DNA from: Alphaproteobacteria bacterium
Lineage (GTDB): Bacteria; Pseudomonadota; Alphaproteobacteria; UBA7887
Direction: 5' to 3'
DNA: 64,000 nucleotides
NCBI GenBank assembly: GCA_965216755.1
Contig: CBDCGL010000011.1
Location: 1,376,001-1,440,000 of the forward strand
Positions 17,616-27,001 of this stretch are shown piece by piece. A program made the position numbers and the translations under genes. The first letter of the stretch is position 1. The number at the start of each line of letters is the position of its first letter. The notes under the pieces are model-generated. The model was given only the letters and a program-made list of their open reading frames with translations. It did not search any database and was not told the origin of the DNA.

Positions 17616-18652
17616 CGGTGGCTCCCGAGTTTCTTCAAGGTCACCGGCCCCAATGGATGGTCAGCATGCGGATAAGGGTGGTGGTGACCACCATGGCTAT
17701 GGCTATGGCTATGGCTATGGCTATGGCTATGGCTATGAGTATGCTTATTATCAGTGTTGTCCAGAGCCGTCGGACCGGTTCCAATCCCTTCAACATGATG
17801 GTGATGGCTTTCTTGAGCCAAGCCGACTTCCGCCTCAAATCCCAAGATCTGTTCGCGATATTTGCACATCTGGCAGTTCATGTTGGGCGAACCATCGAGG
17901 CATTCGTGAACGCGCTCGATCACCGTGTCGACAACCAAAGGATGGTCGTTCAAGTAGGGTGCCTTGATAAACTCAATTTCCGGATGACGGGCGGCGACCA
18001 GATCCGTGTGATCGTAGATTCGCCGAACCAACACACCCGTAAACAGAAAATAGGGAAACACGATGATGCGGCGAAAACCCAAACGCGCGACCTGTTCAAG
18101 CGCCGGTTCGACGAGCGGAAACGTGACGCCGGAATAGGCCGTCTCCCCCCACCCGAATCCAAATCCTTCCCACAGTAGGCGAGTCACTTTGGCAACATTG
18201 GAATTGGCATCAGGATCAGAAGCCCCCCGACCAACGACCACCAAAAGTGTTTCGTGCGCCGGCACATCGCCTGCAGCGCTTTGAAGTGCTTGCTGAACCC
18301 GATCTCCCGCCGCCTGAATCATTCGCGAATCGATGCCCAGATCGCGGCTATATGAAATGGCGATACCAGTATTCTGCGCCATGTAGGTGTTGAGCACGGA
18401 CGGTACGTCATTCTTGACGTGGCCGGCAGCGAATAACATGCCGGGAACGGCAACAATCCGACGAACACTTTGCTCGCGCAGTGCGTCTAGACCATCGCGT
18501 ATAACCGGCGTCGCGAATTCGAGAAACCCATGGGTTACACGGAAATCGGGGAGTCTTTTCGCGACATGTTCTGCCAGATTTCCGAATTCCATAACGGCCT
18601 GCTCGTCGCGACTGCCATGCCCGACTACAAGAATTCCTGTGCTCTGAGTCAT
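17612..18652 (-). CDS. cbiX: Sirohydrochlorin cobaltochelatase, long-form CbiX with MxCxxC Fe-S motif and His-rich tail
   Basis: VGHGSR, FLEFATP, FAAGHVKND, second domain VGRGAS...PYFLFTG, MNCQMCKYR, SHHHHVEG, (HS)7 tail. Confidence 0.9.
   Translation of the reverse strand: MTQSTGILVVGHGSRDEQAVMEFGNLAEHVAKRLPDFRVTHGFLEFATPVIRDGLDALREQSVRRIVAVPGMLFAAGHVKNDVPSVLNTYMAQNTGIAISYSRDLGIDSRMIQAAGDRVQQALQSAAGDVPAHETLLVVVGRGASDPDANSNVAKVTRLLWEGFGFGWGETAYSGVTFPLVEPALEQVARLGFRRIIVFPYFLFTGVLVRRIYDHTDLVAARHPEIEFIKAPYLNDHPLVVDTVIERVHECLDGSPNMNCQMCKYREQILGFEAEVGLAQESHHHHVEGIGTGPTALDNTDNKHTHSHSHSHSHSHSHSHGGHHHPYPHADHPLGPVTLKKLGSHR
17693..17734. repeat. In-frame hexanucleotide microsatellite (ATGGCT)x7 encoding His-Ser repeats in the CbiX tail
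   Basis: Seven perfect copies at 17693-17734, followed by degenerate ATGAGT and ATGCTT. Confidence 0.95.
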
Positions 18653-18753
18653 TATGACCGTGCCCTCCTCGCACCCGATCGCGACACACGCCACAGCGCC
18701 GCCGGAATATCATCGAGATTGACCGTGGATCGCCACGCCGACAAAGTTGCCCG

Positions 18754-19719
18754 ATGATTTTCTACTGTGACGCACTTTGGATCTTGGTTGCCGCCATGAT
18801 TTTGGACGCACTGATCGGCGATCCATCGTGGCTCTACACCCGCGTACCCCATCCCGTGGCCCTGATCGGTCGCGGCATTGGGGCACTGGAACGTGCCTTG
18901 TACGGCCCCACTGTTGGCAGACGCGCCCGCGGCTTGTTGGTTGTGGCACTTGCGCTTGTCGGCGTCGCATGCATATCGGCAAGCCTGACCATTGCTTTTC
19001 ACACGCTCGGCGGCGCGTGGGGCCCGATCCTCGAAGCTACGGTCGCCAGCAGCTTTCTCGCCGGACGTTCGCTTCATGATCACGCGCAAACTGTGGCCAG
19101 CGCCCTCGCTGATGGCGTTGCGGCGGCACGGAACGCCGTTGGCCACTTGGTCGGACGCGACGTCCAATCTTTGGACAATAGTGGTGTCGCCCACGCTGCA
19201 ATCGAATCCATGGCTGAGAACTTGTCCGACGGTTTGGTCGCGCCCCTTTTTTGGTACGTGCTGATGGGGCTGCCGGGACTTGCTATCTACAAGACGATCA
19301 ACACACTCGACAGCATGATCGGCTATCGCAATGCACGCTATCGCGACTTCGGCTGGGCGGCGGCGCGGCTCGATGACATTGCCAACTGGATTCCTGCACG
19401 ACTGACGGCTGTGCTGCTGGTGATGGCAGCCTTCGCCATGCCGAACTGCGATGGACGCGGCGCCACCAAAGCCGCCATGCGCGACGCCCGTTTTCACAGA
19501 TCGCCCAATGCCGGCTGGCCCGAAGCGGCCGTAGCCGGCGCGCTCAACCTGCGGCTCGGCGGACCGCGCGCCTACGACGAGAAATGGGTCGACGCCCTGT
19601 GGCTTTTTGGCGAAGGTGCCGCCCCTGGACCAACCGATATCAGCCGTGCCCTGTCGCTCTACCGTGCCAGCTGGGCATTGACCGCTTTGATCATTGTTAT
19701 CTTGGCAGCAATTCTGTAA
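18754..19719 (+). CDS. cobD: Adenosylcobinamide-phosphate synthase (CobD/CbiB)
   Basis: LIGDP..HPV, VGRD, ESMAENLSDGLVAPLF, YKTINTLDSMIGY, AARLDDIANWIPARL, SPNAGWPEAA. Confidence 0.95.
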   Translation: MIFYCDALWILVAAMILDALIGDPSWLYTRVPHPVALIGRGIGALERALYGPTVGRRARGLLVVALALVGVACISASLTIAFHTLGGAWGPILEATVASSFLAGRSLHDHAQTVASALADGVAAARNAVGHLVGRDVQSLDNSGVAHAAIESMAENLSDGLVAPLFWYVLMGLPGLAIYKTINTLDSMIGYRNARYRDFGWAAARLDDIANWIPARLTAVLLVMAAFAMPNCDGRGATKAAMRDARFHRSPNAGWPEAAVAGALNLRLGGPRAYDEKWVDALWLFGEGAAPGPTDISRALSLYRASWALTALIIVILAAIL

Positions 19720-19723
19720 AGGG

Positions 19724-21193
19724 TTACGCGGCACAAGCAAGATCCCAAATACGATCCAGATCGAGGTGCGTTTCCAGATGTACTGCCAATTTGTCCAACG
19801 TCTCATCCACTAGCGATTCATAAACCATGCCGGCATCCGTTCGGGATCGCAGCTTGTTTAGAAACCCGTGGCGAAATTGATCGGATGCGAACAGCCCGTG
19901 GACATAGCAACCCATGACAAGCCCATCTGCACTGATCGCACCGTCCCGTCGACCGTTGTCCAGTCGTAGCATGGGTGTCGCCAACGCGGGGCCATTGCTC
20001 TGGCCAACATGCATTTCGTAGCCCCGAACCGACATCCCGGTTTGGCATTCAACGCCCGATACCGGGATCAACATCTTCTCATCATGCAGTTCTGTCGATA
20101 GATCGAGCAGGCCGAGGCCAGCCGTTTCGCCGGGTGTCCCCTCAACACCGTGTGGATCCGCGACCAATCTGCCCAGCATCTGATAGCCGCCGCAGATCCC
20201 CAATACAGCGCCGCCCCGGCGCCGATGCGCCAGCAAATCGACATCCCAACCGTTTTCACGAAAATGCACGAGATCGGCGCGCGTCGCTTTCGTACCCGGC
20301 AGGATCACGATATCCGCGTCACCCGGCAAAGCTTCACCTGCACGTACAAAGCGCACCTCCACGTCTGGTTCACTCGACAACGGATCAAGATCATCGAAAT
20401 TCGCAATGCGACTTGGCACCGGCACGGCGACGCAAATGGCCCGGTCATTTGCGGGTCGGCGACTTTCCAAAGTCATGGCATCTTCGGCCGGCAAATGAAT
20501 CGCATCGGCAAGATGCGGCACGACGCCCAAGCCGCGCATGCCCGTTCGTTGTTCGATAATGCGCATGCCCGAGGCGAACAGCTCAGGGTCACCGCGAAAT
20601 TTATTGATGATGAATCCTTTCAGGCGCGCTTGTTCCTCAGCGGGCAGCAGCACCCATGTGCCGACCAAGCTAGCAATGACGCCACCGCGATGAATATCTC
20701 CGACCAAAACCACTGGCACATTGGCCGCTTCGGCGAAGCCCATATTGGCGATGTCGCCAGAACGCAAATTGACCTCGGCTGGACTACCCGCGCCTTCCAC
20801 CAAGATCAGATCCGCCTCGCAAGCCAAGCGCGCAAAGCATGCGGTTACTGACGGCAACAACTCTGCGCGTAGCGCATGGTATTCGCGCGCCTGCGCGTTG
20901 CCCCAAACACGTCCTTGAAGAACCACCTGTGCACCGATGTCGGTTTGGGGCTTGAGCAATACTGGGTTCATGTCCGCTGTCGGCGCCACGCCGCACGCGC
21001 GCGCTTGCAATGCTTGGGCGCGCCCGATCTCGCAACCATCGGGCGTAACCGCGGCGTTGTTCGACATGTTCTGGGGTTTGAACGGCCGCACTTGCAGGCC
21101 CCGTCGCACGAAGGCGCGGCACAGGCCAGCGACAAGCAGCGACTTGCCCACATCGGAGCCGGTACCTTGGAACATGAGCGCCGGTACCGTCAA
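19724..21193 (-). CDS. cobQ: Cobyric acid synthase (CobQ/CbiP)
   Basis: [68 protein letters not shown]. Confidence 0.96.
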   Translation of the reverse strand: MTVPALMFQGTGSDVGKSLLVAGLCRAFVRRGLQVRPFKPQNMSNNAAVTPDGCEIGRAQALQARACGVAPTADMNPVLLKPQTDIGAQVVLQGRVWGNAQAREYHALRAELLPSVTACFARLACEADLILVEGAGSPAEVNLRSGDIANMGFAEAANVPVVLVGDIHRGGVIASLVGTWVLLPAEEQARLKGFIINKFRGDPELFASGMRIIEQRTGMRGLGVVPHLADAIHLPAEDAMTLESRRPANDRAICVAVPVPSRIANFDDLDPLSSEPDVEVRFVRAGEALPGDADIVILPGTKATRADLVHFRENGWDVDLLAHRRRGGAVLGICGGYQMLGRLVADPHGVEGTPGETAGLGLLDLSTELHDEKMLIPVSGVECQTGMSVRGYEMHVGQSNGPALATPMLRLDNGRRDGAISADGLVMGCYVHGLFASDQFRHGFLNKLRSRTDAGMVYESLVDETLDKLAVHLETHLDLDRIWDLACAA

Positions 21194-21825
21194 AACTCGA
21201 TGCCCTTCTGCGCCTTGACGCCGCCACGAAAGGGATGTTTGACCATGGTCATTTCGGTCACCAAGTCAGCCGCCTCGATCAATGTCTCTTTGGCGTTTCG
21301 CCCGGTTACCACAACGTGCAAATCGGCCGGGCGATCGGCGAGATACGATACAACTTCGTTAAGTGGCAAATAATCATAGCGCAGCACGATATTGAGTTCG
21401 TCCAAGATAATCATATCGTACTGCGGCGACGAACCACGGCTTGCCTCCACCATGTCCTTTGCCGCTGACCATGCCGCCTGGGCGGCACGAATATCGCGGG
21501 CGCGGTCCTGCGTTTCCCAAGTAAATCCTTCGCCCATCGTTCTTATGGTGACTTGATCAGGGAACTTTTCCAGGACGGCACGCTCACCGGTTTGCCATTT
21601 GCCTTTGACGAATTGCACAACGCCGACGCGCAGCCCATTGCCGATCGCCCTTACGGCGAGTCCGAACGCGGCCGTCGATTTGCCCTTGCCCGTGCCGGTA
21701 TGAACAATCAGCAAACCTTTCTCGATCGTTTTGCCAGCCAGCATCTTGTCCCGAGCGGCTTTCTTTTTGCGGGCCTTCTCGTTGGCGCGATGATTGATGT
21801 CGTCTTCGTTCTGTATTTCACTCAT
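21190..21825 (-). CDS. cobO: Cob(I)yrinic acid a,c-diamide adenosyltransferase (CobO/BtuR)
   Basis: [56 protein letters not shown]. Confidence 0.96.
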   Translation of the reverse strand: MSEIQNEDDINHRANEKARKKKAARDKMLAGKTIEKGLLIVHTGTGKGKSTAAFGLAVRAIGNGLRVGVVQFVKGKWQTGERAVLEKFPDQVTIRTMGEGFTWETQDRARDIRAAQAAWSAAKDMVEASRGSSPQYDMIILDELNIVLRYDYLPLNEVVSYLADRPADLHVVVTGRNAKETLIEAADLVTEMTMVKHPFRGGVKAQKGIEF

Positions 21826-24800
21826 GAAGTTTCTCGTGATTTCTGCCCCGCCAGCGCGCGCAGCCGGATCGGCGCCCGATTAGACCTCGGCTTCCACAAT
21901 CCGCGTTCCTGCGCCTCGGTCAAACGTTCGGCAACTTCACGCGCGGCTGCCGGGTTTGCCCTATCCATAAATCCTCTGACCGTTTTGTCTTCGACAAAGG
22001 CGTCGTAGACAAGGTCGAAATGGTGGTCCGCCACCATGCGGGTGGTCGCGGCAAACGCAAATAAATAGTCCACGGTAGCGGCGATCTCGAACGCACCCTT
22101 GTACCCATGGCGCATCACACCGGCGATCCATTTTGGGTTGACAACGCGCGCGCGCACGACCCGGCCAATCTCATCCTGCAGTGTCCGAATGCGCGGGCGC
22201 TCCGGTCGGGAGTGGTCGTTATGGTAAACGACCGGTTGTTCGCCTGACAAATGCCGGATTGCCGCGGTCGCACCACCTTCGAATTGGTAATAGTCGTCGG
22301 AATCGAGCAAATCATGCTCGCGATTGTCTTGGTTATGGACAACGATCTGCGCGCCTGCCAAGCGGCGTTCAAACATGCGGTGCTCCGCGCGCCCGTCCGC
22401 GCCGCCGCCATACGCGTACCCGCCCCAGGCCAGGTAAGCGCGGGCGAGATCGACATCGCTTTCCCAGCAACGCTCATCAATCAGCGCCTGGAGGCCCGCG
22501 CCGTACGCGCCGGGCATGGATCCGAAAATCCGGTGCGCCGCGCGGCTTGCCGCTACCTCGGCGTCCGTACCCTCGGCGATCAATCGCTTCGTATCAGCTT
22601 GGACTCGCGCGACCATCGGATTGTCACGCGGCGGTTCGTCCAAGGCCGCTACCGCGCGCGCTGCCGAATCCAGCAAATCCAACTGTGTGGGAAACGCGTC
22701 ACGGAAAAAACCCGACGCACGCAAAGTCACATCGACACGCGGGCGGCCCAATACCCGAACAGGAAGGATTTCGAACGCGGTGACCCGGCGCGACGCGCTA
22801 TCCCATGTCGGCCGCACGCCCATCATGGCCAACGCTTGCGCGATATCTTCACCACCCGTGCGCATGTTGGCTGTACCCCATGCGCTCACCACAAGCGCCT
22901 CGGGCCAGCTGCCTTCTCGTTGACGGTAGTCGTCTATCAACAAGTTTGCCGATTTCCAGCCCAATTGCCACGCGGCCGGCGTTGGCACAGTCCGATTGTC
23001 GACAGAATAGAAGTTGCGCCCGGTCGGCAAGACATCGAGTCGACCGCGCGTCGGCGCGCCGGATGGACCGGGCGTCACGAATCGGCCATCGAGCCCGGCA
23101 AGCAGGCCATCGATTTCAGCAACGCCGGATTGTTCAACGTTCTGACGCACTGTTTCGGAAACATGATCCAGCACTGCGCGGGTCCGCGACCATGTGCGCG
23201 GAGAGTCGAATTCGCCCGATATGAGGGCCGCCGAGAGAAGCTCGATGCGCTCAACTGTGTCGCCACATGTCCGCCATGGTCCGTCGGAAATCCCGGTCAA
23301 AACGGCGGGCCGTCGTCCCACCCAACGTGACGCCATCTCGCAATCGAGCGGATCAAATCCGTCGAAACCCAGATCTGCCGACAAAGCCCGAGCCAAACTC
23401 GCATCGGCGCCTTCGCCGGCGTTGCGCGGCACGCGCACAAGCGCGGTCAGAAGGTCATCGCGCTGCCGGCCGGTCGGCGCATGTCCAAAAATGTGCAGTC
23501 CATCGCGAATCTGCATTTCTTTAATTTCGCATAAATAATTATCAAGCTGAGACAAAGCGGACTCATCATCAGTGTCTTCACCAAATCCACAATCATGATC
23601 GAGCCCCAAATACCGGGCGAGTTCGAGAATCTGAGTTCGCAAGAGTCCCAGCCGCCGCGTATCGACGCCCGCGGCCTCGTAATATTCGTCGACCAAGGCC
23701 TCCAGGTCCTTTAGCGGACCATAGGAGTCTGCCCGGGTCAGGGGCGGTGTCAGGTGATCGACGATCACCGCTTGAGCGCGACGCTTGGCCTGGGTGCCCT
23801 CCCCAGGATCGTTGACGATAAAAGGGTACAGATGCGGCACGGGGCCCAAGGCAGCTTCCGGGAAGCAATCCTCAGACAATGCGACCGCCTTGCCGGGAAG
23901 CCATTCCAAATTGCCATGCTTGCCGACGTGCACAATGGCGTGGGCGCCGAACTCCTCCCGCAACCACCCATAGGTTGCGAGATAGCCGTGCGGTGGCACC
24001 AACGCCGGGTCGTGATAACTTTTCACCGGATCGACGTTGTAGCCGCGGCTCGGCTGGACGATAACGACGACATTGCCAAAGGCCACGACCGGCACTGCAA
24101 ACCGACCGTCAATGACGGACGGATCATTTTCGGGTTCGCCCCAGCGCGCCGTGACAGCATCGCGAACGGCGCCCGGAAGGCTCACAAAAAAACGGCAATA
24201 GTCCTCAAGAGCGTAACCTCGCGCGCCGTGCGCCCGCGGATCACCTGGGCGGCTGATCACACTTTGGGCCAAACGAATAAGTTCAGCACCGTCACGCGGC
24301 ATGCCTTCAACGCAGTACCCCGCCTGCGCCAATGCCTGCAAAATCGCTATTGTGCTCGCCGGTGTATCCAGGCCAACACCATTGCCGACACGGCCCGCCC
24401 GATTGGGATAGTTCGCGAGCACCAACGCAATTTTGCGCTGAGGTCGCCGATTTCGTCGCAGGCGCGCCCAGGCTCTGGCCAGTTCGGCAACAAACGCCAC
24501 GCGATTGGTGACCGGCGCGTATGTCGCCACCGAATGTTCGGTCCGCGCATCAAAGCGGGCTTCTGCCTTAAACGAAATCGCGCGGCTGAAAATCCTGCCG
24601 TCGACTTCGGGCAACACGACGTTCATTGCCAGGTCGCGGGGGAGCAAGCCCCGCGCGCTTTCGCGCCACGTCGCTTCATGTCCGCCGGAGAAGACAACCT
24701 GTAGCACCGGACAGTCTGCCGCTTCAAACGGAGTCGGGACCCGCGCCGCGCCGGGACGCGAAACGGCAAAACCCGTGGCGTTGAGAATGACATCCGGCGG

Positions 24801-25571
24801 AAATTCTTCGAACGCTCGTGCAATAAGTGCCGCCGATGTTGGATCTTTCAAACTCGATACATAGATCGGTAACGGGTTGAGGCACCGATCGGCAAGCGCG
24901 GTGATGAGCGCGTCGACCGGCGCCGTCGCGCCACCTTGCACAAGCGCGCGGTAGAAGATGAGACCGGCCACGGGCGCCGCCTCCCGCCACTGTTGCGCGA
25001 TGGAATCAAGGTCGGGTCGATCCAAACTCGGCCAATAGAGTGCCGTGCGCAGCAGCGGACGCGCTGGCGCCGCCTCCAACTCGTAGCCAACGCGCTGCGC
25101 CGCCGTCGCCATTAAATTGCGTCCGTTTTCGACGCCACCGTGAACCATATACTCCCAAAAACCGTGAACCGCGTCTGGCCCAACGGTCGAAAGAGATTGA
25201 AGCTCAGCGTCAGGCTGATCGTCACCTGGCACAAACACAACCGGAATATTCGCGGCGCGGCAGGCACCGCTGATTCGTTCGACGCCATAGGGCCAGTAGG
25301 CCACGCCTCCCAACAGCCGGACGATGACAATACGTGCATGGCAAACGACTTGTTCGACATATAAGTCAACGGACAGATTGTGGCCAAGCTGCATCAAATT
25401 GGCCAATCGCACGCTGGGAAATTCATCGCCAAGGTTTTGCCGGGCCGCGGCTAGGCAGGCGAGTTCGCTATCAGCCGCGGAGAGGATGACGATCTCCCCC
25501 GGACTTTGTCCGAGGTCGACGGCCTCGTTGCCGTCAGAGATTGCGCCGGCCTGGGTCGCCAGAAGATGCAT
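21822..25571 (-). CDS. cobN: Cobaltochelatase large subunit CobN
   Basis: 1249 aa; MHLLATQAG, LSAADSEL, LPEVDGR, GNGVGLDTP, HVGKHGNLEWLPGK, YPFIVNDPGEG, LPTGRNFYS, REHDLLDSDDYYQFEGG, NPKWI..HGYKGA. Confidence 0.97.
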   Translation of the reverse strand: MHLLATQAGAISDGNEAVDLGQSPGEIVILSAADSELACLAAARQNLGDEFPSVRLANLMQLGHNLSVDLYVEQVVCHARIVIVRLLGGVAYWPYGVERISGACRAANIPVVFVPGDDQPDAELQSLSTVGPDAVHGFWEYMVHGGVENGRNLMATAAQRVGYELEAAPARPLLRTALYWPSLDRPDLDSIAQQWREAAPVAGLIFYRALVQGGATAPVDALITALADRCLNPLPIYVSSLKDPTSAALIARAFEEFPPDVILNATGFAVSRPGAARVPTPFEAADCPVLQVVFSGGHEATWRESARGLLPRDLAMNVVLPEVDGRIFSRAISFKAEARFDARTEHSVATYAPVTNRVAFVAELARAWARLRRNRRPQRKIALVLANYPNRAGRVGNGVGLDTPASTIAILQALAQAGYCVEGMPRDGAELIRLAQSVISRPGDPRAHGARGYALEDYCRFFVSLPGAVRDAVTARWGEPENDPSVIDGRFAVPVVAFGNVVVIVQPSRGYNVDPVKSYHDPALVPPHGYLATYGWLREEFGAHAIVHVGKHGNLEWLPGKAVALSEDCFPEAALGPVPHLYPFIVNDPGEGTQAKRRAQAVIVDHLTPPLTRADSYGPLKDLEALVDEYYEAAGVDTRRLGLLRTQILELARYLGLDHDCGFGEDTDDESALSQLDNYLCEIKEMQIRDGLHIFGHAPTGRQRDDLLTALVRVPRNAGEGADASLARALSADLGFDGFDPLDCEMASRWVGRRPAVLTGISDGPWRTCGDTVERIELLSAALISGEFDSPRTWSRTRAVLDHVSETVRQNVEQSGVAEIDGLLAGLDGRFVTPGPSGAPTRGRLDVLPTGRNFYSVDNRTVPTPAAWQLGWKSANLLIDDYRQREGSWPEALVVSAWGTANMRTGGEDIAQALAMMGVRPTWDSASRRVTAFEILPVRVLGRPRVDVTLRASGFFRDAFPTQLDLLDSAARAVAALDEPPRDNPMVARVQADTKRLIAEGTDAEVAASRAAHRIFGSMPGAYGAGLQALIDERCWESDVDLARAYLAWGGYAYGGGADGRAEHRMFERRLAGAQIVVHNQDNREHDLLDSDDYYQFEGGATAAIRHLSGEQPVVYHNDHSRPERPRIRTLQDEIGRVVRARVVNPKWIAGVMRHGYKGAFEIAATVDYLFAFAATTRMVADHHFDLVYDAFVEDKTVRGFMDRANPAAAREVAERLTEAQERGLWKPRSNRAPIRLRALAGQKSRETS

Positions 25572-25572
25572 G

Positions 25573-26661
25573 CTACCTGGCGCAAATCGCCTGCGTGATA
25601 CCGACCCGGTCTAACCCGGCAAAGCCGATCACAACCAGCCGACCGTGGCGCGGTTCGCCGTCGCGCCACGCGCGGTCGAAGTAGTGCTGAACTCTGTCAC
25701 CAACCGCCTGTACCAACAGGCGCATATCCTTACGGTCGACGGCAACAAACCCCTTCAGCCGCAGAATTTGGTGTTCCGCCATAATCCGGCGCAATCGATC
25801 CGTAAGCCCATCCGCCGATCGAACAGGCGCGAGATCTACGACAAAACTGTCGAACTCGTCATGCTCGTGATCACCCTCGTCATCTGTGTGCGAGGGACGC
25901 GACGCCAAATCGTTCTCTGCCGCGGCATCGATACCCAGCAGCACCGATGGATCGATGGCGCCGTGACGGGTCATCGCGATCTTCACAGCCGGGCGTAGGT
26001 TCTTCGTAATCGCCGCTTCGATCGCCGACCGCTGGTTCTGATCGACGAGGTCGGACTTGTTGACTACGACCAAATCCGCGCAAGCCAGTTGATCGGTGAA
26101 CAGCTCTTCCAGTGGGCTCTCGTGGTCCAGCGACGGGTCAAGCCGTCGTTGTTCATCGACCGCGCCCGGATCGCTGGCGAATTGGCCGGCGGCCACAGCT
26201 GGCGCGTCGACCACCGCCACCACACCGTCGACCGTGACTCGCGTGCGCACCTCTGGCCACGCAAACGCCTGCACCAAGGGTTTTGGGAGAGCAAGCCCAG
26301 AAGTTTCGATGACGATATGTTCGGGGCACGGGACACGTGCCAGCAACGCTTCGATCGTCGGCAGAAAATCGTCGGCAACAGTGCAGCAAATGCAGCCATT
26401 GGCGAGCTCGACGATGTCGTCCTCGCGACACACACTGCTACCACAGGATTTCAGCACCTCTCCATCAACGCCCAGATCGCCGAACTCGTTGATGATCAAC
26501 GCAATGCGCCGACCGGCCGCGTTTTCCAGCAAATGCCGGACTAGACTTGTTTTGCCCGCCCCGAGAAAGCCCGTGATGATCGTCGCCGGGATCTTCCCCG
26601 CGTTCTCGGACGAAAATGGCGCATGGTCACCGGCCAACGCAGGTACACGAAATTCGTTCAT
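25573..26661 (-). CDS. cobW: CobW, COG0523 family cobalt-chaperone GTPase
   Basis: TIITGFLGAGKTS, INEFG, ELANGCICCTV, IETSGLA, DHESPLEE, NKSD, HEHDEF, LRLKG. Confidence 0.96.
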   Translation of the reverse strand: MNEFRVPALAGDHAPFSSENAGKIPATIITGFLGAGKTSLVRHLLENAAGRRIALIINEFGDLGVDGEVLKSCGSSVCREDDIVELANGCICCTVADDFLPTIEALLARVPCPEHIVIETSGLALPKPLVQAFAWPEVRTRVTVDGVVAVVDAPAVAAGQFASDPGAVDEQRRLDPSLDHESPLEELFTDQLACADLVVVNKSDLVDQNQRSAIEAAITKNLRPAVKIAMTRHGAIDPSVLLGIDAAAENDLASRPSHTDDEGDHEHDEFDSFVVDLAPVRSADGLTDRLRRIMAEHQILRLKGFVAVDRKDMRLLVQAVGDRVQHYFDRAWRDGEPRHGRLVVIGFAGLDRVGITQAICAR

Positions 26662-26697
26662 CGATCCTCCCTCCGAGGATTGGGCTGGTGCCCAATC

Positions 26698-26878
26698 TGC
26701 CGAGCGGGTCTCCTGGCTCCGGATCTTTGGCCGACGGCGCCTTCCCAGCGCGTTCCGCGCCAGTGGCTTCGTGCCGCAGCCTAGCCGTTACAGTTGCGGG
26801 GGCAGCGCCGGCTTTTCCCATATCGCGGGTGGCACCGGCTTCCCTCATCTCGACGCGCCGACCCTATCACGCGCTCCC
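26698..26878 (-). ncRNA. Cobalamin (AdoCbl) riboswitch
   Basis: Minus strand carries, in canonical order, GGGAAGCCGGTG (26844-26833), CTGCCCCCGCAACTGTAA, GCCACTG, GGGAAGGC and the B12 box AGCCAGGAGACCCGC, directly upstream of cobW. Boundaries approximate. Confidence 0.93.
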
Positions 26879-27001
26879 GTGCATGTAAAAGCTCGCCGGC
26901 GTCCATGAACTCGGCCACCTTATCGATGGCTTGAGGTGCTTCATTCGCCTAATAATGGCGCCGAAGGTCTGTAGGGAATAGTTGACGATCGGAGCGAGAT
27001 T

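Noticed and set aside
17618-18178. ORFs with GYGYGY, MAMAMA or IAIAIA repeats
   Set aside because: Alternative-frame shadows of the (ATGGCT)7 repeat inside cbiX.
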